Positions 1 to 5,136 of a stretch of DNA of 8,267 nt are shown one piece after another. The notes beneath the pieces are model-generated. The model did no database searches and was not told where the DNA came from. It saw only the letters and a list, made by a program, of their open reading frames with translations. Numbering within the stretch: the stretch's first letter is position 1; each line of letters begins with the position of its first letter. A program made the position numbers and the translations under genes. Origin of the DNA: a virus (Duplodnaviria; Heunggongvirae; Uroviricota; Caudoviricetes). The DNA lies in IMG/VR virus record IMGVR_UViG_2582580933_000007, positions 1 through 8,267 of that record; one strand, written 5' to 3'.

Positions 1-677
1 TCCCACTTCTGAACATCACTTTTCGCCCTGCGCAGCGCCAGGTTTGCCCTGCGAAGGGACGGAAAAATCAGCTCATCTGCTTGCGTTTCGGTAAACGATG
101 GCAACGGCTGCACAATGTCCGCCACAGTTTCTGTTTTAATTTCTTCCTGTGTTGCGGCTTCCCGGACTGGTAACGCAGCACCTGCTGGCTGAGGAAAGGC
201 CTTACCATCACTTTCCGTTACCAGCGCGGCTTTCGGCTCTGCTGGTAAATTATCGCCCGGCATGCAGTAACGAAATTTACCGTTCTGATTAACGCGTGCC
301 AGCCGCCCCGTTGCGGTTACCACCGCCAGCGTGGAAGCAACCTTGCGAGTACTGACACCGAACTTACCCGCCAGTTCCTCACACGTTTTAGCCCCATCCT
401 GACCGATAAACTCAATCATCATGTCTGCGGTAATTTTTTGTTCGACCTCCCCGGTCAGCATATCCTGTGCTTCAGATTTTACTGGCCGCTCTTCGGTTAC
501 CCGGGATTCACCTTCGCCAGCCAGAAACCAGGTGTGACCAGTTTTATCAACGACGCCATTTCTTTTGAGTTCCCACAGCTCGTTGACAGCCTCTTCACGA
601 CTGATTCCAAGGCTGGCCGCCACTACCTGTGAAGAGGCTCTTTTCAGTGCTTTCAGTGCGTCAAATACGGTTTCCAT
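1..677 (-). CDS. Hypothetical prophage protein with two winged-helix-like segments; 5' end complete, 3' end beyond the window
   Basis: Stop-free minus-strand frame from ATG at 677..675 to the window edge; absent from the ORF track only because it has no in-window stop. SD GGAGG (revcomp of 686-690) lies 8 nt upstream. My translation begins METVFDALKALKRASSQVVAASLGISREEAVNELWELKRNGVVDKTGHTWFLAG and has a second similar segment CEELAGKFGVSTRKVASTLAVVTATGRLARVNQNGKFRYC. Starts 34 nt after the stop of the P-like gene. Confidence 0.65.
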   Translation of the reverse strand, partial: METVFDALKALKRASSQVVAASLGISREEAVNELWELKRNGVVDKTGHTWFLAGEGESRVTEERPVKSEAQDMLTGEVEQKITADMMIEFIGQDGAKTCEELAGKFGVSTRKVASTLAVVTATGRLARVNQNGKFRYCMPGDNLPAEPKAALVTESDGKAFPQPAGAALPVREAATQEEIKTETVADIVQPLPSFTETQADELIFPSLRRANLALRRAKSDVQKW

Positions 678-710
678 TAATATTTCCTCCGACAAAATCG
701 TTTCTCAGAT

Positions 711-1373
711 TCAAATAAAACCAGCTGCCTTCCGGCGTTCGTATTCCTGTTTCAGCCGTTCAATTGGCGTTGGCCCTTGCGGGTGTTTCGCCCCTTCCAG
801 TTGTCGTCGCACTGGCGGAACACTCATCCCGTTACCAACATGCTTTGCCCATTTCGTCAGTTGCCGTTCCGCAAGTCGTTTTAACTCACCCTGCGTCATC
901 TGGCGCTCAATCCCTCTGGTACGCATTTCGAGGCAGATGTGGTACAGCACAGGCTGTGGCCACGGGTATTTATCACTCCCGTCGTATCGCCAGGATTCAT
1001 TGCGCCAGCGCCGGTACTCTTCCATCACTGCATCCACCGTAAGACCAAATGGATTTGCCCCACTCTCCGAAATCAGTGCAACAAACTCAGCCAGGTCCGG
1101 GGGCCACGTTTCACCCGCCCGGCAGCGGTCCATGCACCGACGGCAGATCTGCCGGATTTGCTGTTCAGTCATCGCGCCAATCTGAGCAATCCAGAGTTTC
1201 GACGGCGCAGCCCCGTTCTTCTGAGTCCAGCGGTTCGAATACACCTCCCCCATAAGCTCCCACAGCTTCCAGGCCGTTTCCGTTGCTGATAAATCCGTTT
1301 TCACGTTCCCACTGTTCGCGTGCAGCCCGGATTTCCTGAACTGCCCGTGATGCGGTGCCACCTGGTGCTGCAT
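711..1373 (-). CDS. Replication protein P-like (DnaB helicase loader, lambda P family)
   Basis: ORF-track 220-aa frame. The C-terminal two thirds resemble lambda P by eye (PPDLAEFVALI vs lambda PSPGQFVAWC; KYPWPQ vs SYPWKS; MTQGELKRLAERQLTKWAKHVGNGMSVPPVRRQL vs LTDAELRRKAADELVHMTARINRGEAIPEPVKQL, lambda segments quoted from memory). ATG at 1373 is preceded by AAGGGGG with a 6-nt spacer. Alternative start ATG 1172..1170 lies in an ATGACTGA junction with the upstream gene stop and would give 153 aa. Confidence 0.6.
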   Translation of the reverse strand: MQHQVAPHHGQFRKSGLHANSGNVKTDLSATETAWKLWELMGEVYSNRWTQKNGAAPSKLWIAQIGAMTEQQIRQICRRCMDRCRAGETWPPDLAEFVALISESGANPFGLTVDAVMEEYRRWRNESWRYDGSDKYPWPQPVLYHICLEMRTRGIERQMTQGELKRLAERQLTKWAKHVGNGMSVPPVRRQLEGAKHPQGPTPIERLKQEYERRKAAGFI

Positions 1374-2202
1374 GGCTTACCCCCTTGCTGACTGGTTTTA
1401 CCTGTGCCCTGACGTGCTGCACGTGGCGGGCAAATTTCTGCTCCCACTGAACCTGCGTGAAAACCTTCCCCTCCGCCATCCAGTAATCCCGGAATGCGGC
1501 AAGCTCAGCAGGTGTAAACTCAGGCTCAGGCAGAGCCATACCCCACACTGCTGCCCGCTGTCGAAAATCCGGCGACGGTTGCCAGACTCCAGTCATCGGA
1601 AATTTCCCGATCGGTTCGCTCAGGCCGTCCAGGTATTCAGGTTCGGCTGTCTGCAACGACGCGTCATTCAACTCACCGGTCGTAGCACTCTCGCGCATGC
1701 GCGCGTTATGTGTGGGGTTTAATTCTTTATCTGTATCTGTATCTGTCGTGATTTGTCGTGACATATGCGTGACGCGTCGTGACTCATCGTGACAATCAGT
1801 GTTCTGCTTCCGCAGTCTTTCCCGCTCCCGCTGCGCTCTCTTGCGCTCTGCCGGGGATTTTGCGGTTTGCGAAACATTACCGTTATCCTCCTTCATCACC
1901 TGGCGTTTTTCCCATCCGGAAATAAGATCACCATCCAGAACTCGCCCCTGCATTGCATGCAAAATTGAATCAATCACGTCTTCCGTCACATCAAGCGCAC
2001 TTGCTAAATCTTCCGTCGTGACATCAATGTGACCACGTAGTGACACGCCGTGACATGTCGTGACATTTCGTGACGCACTCACCAGAAGGTGGATATACAC
2101 CGCCATCACTGTTGCAATTGGCTGCCCTGACACCCTGGCAATTGTTCGCCACTTAGGGTCATTTGGCATGTCATGCCATAATCTGAGCCAAGCGTTAGCC
2201 AT
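1165..2202 (-). CDS. Phage replisome organizer / replication initiator (lambda O-like role), contains origin iterons
   Basis: ORF-track frame 1165..2208 (GTG). I prefer ATG at 2202..2200, which has SD GAGGTG upstream. N-terminus MANAWLRLWHDMPNDPKWRTIARVSGQPIATVMAVYIHLLVSAS fits the phage replisome-organizer N-terminal pattern (W-L-R-L...D-PK...I...G...VY-IHLL). Position after Cro/CII-like genes and before the P-like gene; two iteron arrays inside the gene. Confidence 0.7.
   Translation of the reverse strand: MANAWLRLWHDMPNDPKWRTIARVSGQPIATVMAVYIHLLVSASRNVTTCHGVSLRGHIDVTTEDLASALDVTEDVIDSILHAMQGRVLDGDLISGWEKRQVMKEDNGNVSQTAKSPAERKRAQRERERLRKQNTDCHDESRRVTHMSRQITTDTDTDKELNPTHNARMRESATTGELNDASLQTAEPEYLDGLSEPIGKFPMTGVWQPSPDFRQRAAVWGMALPEPEFTPAELAAFRDYWMAEGKVFTQVQWEQKFARHVQHVRAQVKPVSKGVSHAAPGGTASRAVQEIRAAREQWERENGFISNGNGLEAVGAYGGGVFEPLDSEERGCAVETLDCSDWRDD
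1728..1793. repeat. Origin-like repeat block A: 3 tandem TATCTG hexamers followed by 5 iterons (CGTGAT/CGTGAC) at 10-11 bp spacing
   Basis: TATCTG at 1728-1733, 1734-1739, 1740-1745. CGTGAT at 1747-1752; CGTGAC at 1757-1762, 1768-1773, 1778-1783, 1788-1793. Helical-turn periodicity inside the organizer gene, analogous to ori-lambda inside O. Confidence 0.55.
2017..2074. repeat. Origin-like repeat block B: 6 iterons (C/T/A)GTGAC at 10-11 bp spacing
   Basis: GTGAC cores beginning at 2017 (CGTGAC), 2028 (TGTGAC), 2039 (AGTGAC), 2049, 2059, 2069 (CGTGAC); same orientation and period as block A, about 225 bp away, in the N-terminal coding part of the organizer gene. Confidence 0.55.
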
Positions 2203-2273
2203 ACTCACCTCTTCTGATACCGAATCTTTTTACTCACGAGTTGCCGGAAGCGATTCGATATGGCTATTGTCAG

Positions 2274-2699
2274 TCAATGTACTGCCACAGCATTTCCTGC
2301 CGGGCCACCACGGTTCATCTGATTGAAACCGGCGATTACCACTGCGACAAAATCATCAGCGTCTCTCACCAATCGCTCCCGCGTCTCCACCAGCTCCCGA
2401 AAATAAGCTGAACTGTGGCTGCGCATTCTGGCCACCAGCAAAGGTGGCATTGCTTTTTCGATAGCTGGTAACAACGCCTGAATTTTTTTAACCGCATCAG
2501 GGGTGTCTTTCTCCACCCAGCGGAAAATTTTCTGAGTATTGCGAGCCAGAGCTTCCGGATGGCTGTCGTCATACAGTTCCGGGAACGTCATTCCCAGCTC
2601 GAAATACGCTTTGGTAATTTTCGCAGCAGGTACTTTTTCGCCGTCCGGATGCGCCCAGACATTCATCGCCATGCGGATGTGTTCATGCTTGATTTTCAT
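2274..2699 (-). CDS. ydaT: YdaT-family protein (CII-like regulator of Rac-type prophages)
   Basis: 141-aa ORF beginning MKIKHEHIRMAMNVWAHPDGEK, an N-terminus I recognise from memory as YdaT family. Lies immediately downstream of the Cro-like gene with an ATGA start/stop overlap at 2696-2699. Confidence 0.65.
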   Translation of the reverse strand: MKIKHEHIRMAMNVWAHPDGEKVPAAKITKAYFELGMTFPELYDDSHPEALARNTQKIFRWVEKDTPDAVKKIQALLPAIEKAMPPLLVARMRSHSSAYFRELVETRERLVRDADDFVAVVIAGFNQMNRGGPAGNAVAVH

Positions 2700-2998
2700 G
2701 AATCAACTCCATCAGATAAGCATGCACTACAATCACCTTCAGCATGAACTACATGCGTTTGCCCCAAACGAATGCCGCTAGCATACTCAGGCCAAATAAG
2801 CTCCCAATCATGGGGTCGTAGCTCCGCCCTACTTACTTGGCCTTCCGTCGCAGATTCGATCATAAGGGCGCGGGTTGGAGATATAGCTGCTCGTCCGGAC
2901 GCCATTTGCGATAAGTAAGATGGCGATACACCAAGTCTGGCCGCGAATTTCTTAGCATCACCAACCCTCAATGATTTAATAAACTCTTTTAATGTCAT
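2696..2998 (-). CDS. ydaS: YdaS-family Cro-like HTH regulator
   Basis: 100-aa ORF. HTH segment AARLGVSPSYLSQMASGRAAISPTRALMIESATEGQVSRAELRPHDW matches the YdaS/Cro-like family pattern. SD GAGGAAGG upstream of ATG 2998..2996. Divergent from the repressor gene. Confidence 0.7.
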   Translation of the reverse strand: MTLKEFIKSLRVGDAKKFAARLGVSPSYLSQMASGRAAISPTRALMIESATEGQVSRAELRPHDWELIWPEYASGIRLGQTHVVHAEGDCSACLSDGVDS

Positions 2999-3095
2999 AC
3001 CTTCCTCGGTTTAGTGTTTTCTTGCGAGTTTAGTGTTTAATAAACCATTAAGTCAAGTATTTGCTTGTTTAGTGATTACTAAAGATAATTACCAC
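2999..3095. promoter_or_regulatory. OR-like divergent promoter/operator region between the Cro-like (minus) and repressor (plus) genes
   Basis: Three direct copies of GTTTAGTG (3009-3016, 3028-3035, 3067-3074). Imperfect palindrome GTTTA-A-TAAAC at 3035-3045. Minus-strand promoter candidate: -35 TTGACT (revcomp of 3051-3056), 18-bp spacer, -10 TAAACT (revcomp of 3027-3032). Plus-strand promoter candidate: -35 TTGCTT (3061-3066), 17-bp spacer, -10 GATAAT (3084-3089), which would put the transcription start at or next to the repressor ATG at 3096. Confidence 0.55.
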
Positions 3096-3467
3096 ATGCA
3101 GAAAAAAGAAATTCGCCGTTTACGTCTCAAGGAGTGGTTTAAAGATAAAACTCTGCCACCCAAAGAGAAGAGCTACCTATCTCAACTAATGAGTGGGAGG
3201 GCCTCGTTTGGAGAAAAGGCTGCCAGAAGAATAGAGCAAACATACGGGATGCCGGAAGGGTATCTGGATGCGGAATACGCAGAACAACCGGAGATTTCTC
3301 CACCACATGCAGGGTTAACGTCTAATCAACTGGAATTATTGCAGATTTTTTCAGCCTTCCCTGAGGATGAGCAACGCCAGATAATCAGCGAGTTAAAGCA
3401 GAAAAAAGAATCAATGGAAGATCTCATAGCGAGATGGATTGCGGCGCAAAAATGCCGCCGCGCCTAA
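3096..3467 (+). CDS. paaR2: cI/DicA-like HTH repressor; PaaR2-like regulator of the three-component TA module
   Basis: In frame with the ORF-track 3033..3467 (GTG); first ATG at 3096. N-terminal HTH_XRE-like segment KEKSYLSQLMSGRASFGEKAARRIEQTYGMPEGYLD. C-terminal LTSNQLELLQIFSAFPEDEQ resembles the DicA C-terminal motif as I recall it. No SD before the ATG, consistent with a leaderless mRNA. Sits in the cI position, divergent from the Cro-like gene and directly upstream of the antitoxin/toxin pair. Confidence 0.65.
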   Translation: MQKKEIRRLRLKEWFKDKTLPPKEKSYLSQLMSGRASFGEKAARRIEQTYGMPEGYLDAEYAEQPEISPPHAGLTSNQLELLQIFSAFPEDEQRQIISELKQKKESMEDLIARWIAAQKCRRA

Positions 3468-3487
3468 GTTATAAAACCGGAGGAAAC

Positions 3488-3679
3488 ATGAATAGAGCCC
3501 TTTCACCAATGGTTTCTGAATTTGAAACCATTGAACAAGAAAACAGTTACAACGAATGGCTGCGTGCGAAAGTAGCAACGAGCCTTGCAGATCCGCGCCC
3601 AGCAATTCCCCATGACGAAGTTGAGCGCAGAATGGCAGAACGCTTTGCTAGAATGCGCAAGGAACGGAGCAAGCAGTAA
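3488..3679 (+). CDS. paaA2: ParD-like antitoxin (PaaA2) of a ParE-family toxin
   Basis: 63-aa ORF from ATG 3488 (internal start of ORF-track 3434..3679), SD GGAGG 4 nt upstream. Sequence MNRALSPMVSEFETIEQENSYNEWLRAKVATSLADPRPAIPHDEVERRMAERFARMRKERSKQ matches my recollection of PaaA2. Stop TAA 3677-3679 is 1 nt before the toxin ATG. Confidence 0.7.
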   Translation: MNRALSPMVSEFETIEQENSYNEWLRAKVATSLADPRPAIPHDEVERRMAERFARMRKERSKQ

Positions 3680-3680
3680 A

Positions 3681-3959
3681 ATGTTACCCGTGTTATGGCT
3701 TGAAAGCGCAGATACCGACCTAGATGATATAACCAGTTATATTGCTCGTTTCGACATAGATGCGGCTGAACGCTTATGGCAGCGATTAAGGGGTTGTGTG
3801 CTGCCGTTATCCGAACATCCGTATTTATACCCACCAAGCGACAGAGTACCTGGCTTGCGTGAGATTGTGGCCCACCCTAACTATATAATTCTATACCGCG
3901 TAACAACATCAAGCGTTGAAGTAGTAAACGTGATCCACGCAAGACGCCAGTTTCCCTAA
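3681..3959 (+). CDS. parE2: ParE/RelE-family toxin (ParE2)
   Basis: 92-codon ORF from ATG 3681, in frame with ORF-track 3585..3959. Sequence MLPVLWLESADTDLDDITSYIARFDIDAAERLWQRLRGCVLPLSEHPYLYPPSDRVPGLREIVAHPNYIILYRVTTSSVEVVNVIHARRQFP carries ParE-family hallmarks (LREIV...YIILYRV...V..V.H.RR). Tightly coupled to the upstream antitoxin gene. Confidence 0.75.
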   Translation: MLPVLWLESADTDLDDITSYIARFDIDAAERLWQRLRGCVLPLSEHPYLYPPSDRVPGLREIVAHPNYIILYRVTTSSVEVVNVIHARRQFP

Positions 3960-4029
3960 CTTTAACTACCAATAGAAACATAACAACCGCAACGACTTTA
4001 CCAAAAGCGTTGTGTTTGTTACGCCCCAC

Positions 4030-4072
4030 GGTTTAGTTTTTGCTTGACTTAAGTTTAATGTTTATTAAACTA
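4030..4072 (+). promoter_or_regulatory. OL/PL-like operator-promoter, a second copy of the OR operator module, driving the plus-strand early operon
   Basis: GGTTTAGT at 4030-4037, GTTTAATG at 4053-4060, palindrome GTTTA-T-TAAAC at 4060-4070. The 18-bp module GTTTA(A/G)TGTTTA(A/T)TAAAC occurs at 3028-3045 and 4053-4070. Promoter candidate: -35 TTGACT 4044-4049, 16-bp spacer, -10 TAAACT 4066-4071. Confidence 0.5.
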
Positions 4073-4250
4073 AAAATACCAACCCACCCCGCCCCACAGA
4101 ACGCAGGGCAATACTTCGAGTTACCCGGCAGTGGTCAGGGGTTAAGTAGCCAGCCCGAGGCGTAAGAACATGACGGCAGGGTTCAACTTTAATAACTATG
4201 CAGCAGGTTTTTGTTCCGCTACCCCGGCGTTAAGGGGAAATGAGGTCAAC

Positions 4251-4406
4251 ATGGATACTATCGATCTTGGCAACAACGAATCTCTGGTGTACGGCGTGTT
4301 TCCCAACCAGGACGGCACGTTCACCGCGATGACGTATACCAAAAGCAAAACGTTTAAAACCGAAAATGGTGCCCGTCGCTGGCTGGAAAGAAACTCAGGT
4401 GAGTGA
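4251..4406 (+). CDS. Small protein (51 aa), YdaF-like small protein of Rac-type prophages (tentative)
   Basis: ATG 4251 is preceded by TGAGGT with a 4-nt spacer. Translation MDTIDLGNNESLVYGVFPNQDGTFTAMTYTKSKTFKTENGARRWLERNSGE. The ORF track offers a longer form from ATG 4170 (78 aa), which has SD GAGG with a 9-nt spacer; the true start is unresolved. First gene downstream of the PL-like promoter. Confidence 0.55.
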   Translation: MDTIDLGNNESLVYGVFPNQDGTFTAMTYTKSKTFKTENGARRWLERNSGE

Positions 4407-4407
4407 T

Positions 4408-4536
4408 ATGGATTTCGACACAATCATGGAAAAGGCTTACGAAGAATACTTCGAAGACCTTGCCGAAGGCGAAGAAGCTCTCAGCTTCAGTGAGTTTAAA
4501 CAGGCGCTTTCCAGCTCGGCAAAATCTAACGGCTGA
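4408..4536 (+). CDS. Small acidic protein (42 aa), YdaG-like (tentative)
   Basis: Below the ORF-track length cutoff; found by hand. ATG 4408 overlaps the stop region of the preceding gene (GTGATATG). SD AGGTGA with a 5-nt spacer. Translation MDFDTIMEKAYEEYFEDLAEGEEALSFSEFKQALSSSAKSNG, stop TGA 4534-4536. Confidence 0.5.
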   Translation: MDFDTIMEKAYEEYFEDLAEGEEALSFSEFKQALSSSAKSNG

Positions 4537-4565
4537 TAAGCGAAGTAGCACCGCGAGGAATCAGT

Positions 4566-4784
4566 ATGCAGAAACGAGAACCCGTCATAATCGCGCCAGA
4601 CTATACCGATGATGAACTTTATGAGTGGATGCGCCAGAAAATTAATGCAGCGCAGGATCTGAAATGGGCTAATGAAGCCAGGGCTAAGCAGGCTGAAAAT
4701 CTGTCCGCTCTGGAGCAGGATATCACCAGGCTGGAAAAAGCAGCGGCATTAAGCATTGCCAGAATGATTACATACCCGCGTTAA
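4566..4784 (+). CDS. Hypothetical protein (72 aa)
   Basis: ORF-track frame; SD GAGGAA with a 5-nt spacer before ATG 4566. Translation MQKREPVIIAPDYTDDELYEWMRQKINAAQDLKWANEARAKQAENLSALEQDITRLEKAAALSIARMITYPR. No family recognised. Confidence 0.6.
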   Translation: MQKREPVIIAPDYTDDELYEWMRQKINAAQDLKWANEARAKQAENLSALEQDITRLEKAAALSIARMITYPR

Positions 4785-4806
4785 TAGCTAACCAACGAGG
4801 CTAATA

Positions 4807-5136
4807 ATGGAATTTAAAGATTTACCAATGCAATTCCAGGAAATGGCAGCGAATATAGTTCGTTCCCAACTGGCGACTCTTGACCTGAGTACCGTAGAAA
4901 AAGAAACCATCGATACTATATCCGGTAACGTGCGTCGTGCCTTTATCGGTCTGTACGAAGAGAAGAAGCTCTCTGATAACCAGGATTTACATGAAAAATA
5001 CTTCCTGGATCTAATGGACATCATTAATAAGGGGTTTGGCTTGTTAATGGAAAAGAAAGGGATTCGGATAGAACCCCTTGAAAATTGCTTCGTAACAAGA
5101 AGCATCAATTCTTTTGATTCAAAACAAGAGAATTAA
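4807..5136 (+). CDS. Hypothetical protein (109 aa), AT-rich codon usage
   Basis: ORF-track frame; SD GAGG with a 6-nt spacer before ATG 4807. Hydrophilic, Lys/Glu/Ile/Asn-rich. Its 3' end overlaps the convergent minus-strand gene by 32 bp. No family recognised. Confidence 0.6.
   Translation: MEFKDLPMQFQEMAANIVRSQLATLDLSTVEKETIDTISGNVRRAFIGLYEEKKLSDNQDLHEKYFLDLMDIINKGFGLLMEKKGIRIEPLENCFVTRSINSFDSKQEN

Noticed and set aside
438-632. Plus-strand ORF 438..632 (64 aa)
   Set aside because: Shadow ORF inside the well-supported minus-strand gene 1-677.
565-1289. Plus-strand ORF-track frames 565..1185 (206 aa), 764..1042, 939..1289 and 1049..1255
   Set aside because: They lie opposite or out of frame to the P-like and O-like minus-strand genes, translate to Arg/Ser/Pro/Cys-rich sequences typical of GC-rich shadow frames, and have no SD-supported starts.
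1728-2074. CRISPR array as an explanation for the short direct repeats
   Set aside because: Repeat units are 6 bp at 10-11 bp spacing inside a coding gene, far too short and without spacers of CRISPR size; an iteron/origin interpretation fits.
1372-2326. Plus-strand ORFs 1372..1722, 1799..2032 and 2060..2326
   Set aside because: Antisense shadows of the organizer gene and its start region; composition not protein-like; the iteron repeats there produce artefactual repeated peptides.
2432-2439. Chi octamers (GCTGGTGG on the minus strand at 2432-2439 and 8180-8187)
   Set aside because: Two occurrences in 8.3 kb is about the background frequency for E. coli DNA, so no special significance is inferred.
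2366-2781. ORF-track frames 2366..2572 (minus), 2539..2781 and 2559..2747 (plus)
   Set aside because: Out-of-frame or antisense overlaps of the YdaT-like and YdaS-like genes with no independent support.
3033-3095. GTG start at 3033 extending the repressor ORF by 21 codons (MFNKPLSQVFACLVITKDNYH)
   Set aside because: The extension lies within the operator/promoter repeats, has no SD, and the HTH domain begins right after the ATG at 3096.
3411-3837. Minus-strand ORFs 3411..3605 and 3547..3837, and plus ORF 3585..3680 (N-terminal extension of the toxin frame)
   Set aside because: Antisense or out-of-frame shadows of the antitoxin and toxin genes; the toxin start at 3681 is fixed by coupling to the antitoxin stop.
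3989-4020. Possible intrinsic terminator after the toxin gene (stem GCAACG/CGTTGT, then TTTGTT)
   Set aside because: The stem is only 6-7 bp with a G-U pair and a 13-nt loop, and the T-run is short and interrupted; too weak to call.
4196-4551. Minus-strand ORFs 4196..4423 and 4354..4551, and plus ORF 4403..4612
   Set aside because: Shadows of the small plus-strand genes; no RBS; wrong strand for the PL-like operon.
4788-5108. Minus-strand ORF 4788..5108 (106 aa)
   Set aside because: Antisense to the SD-supported plus-strand gene 4807-5136 and Ser/Ile-rich as expected for the reverse frame of an AT-rich gene.
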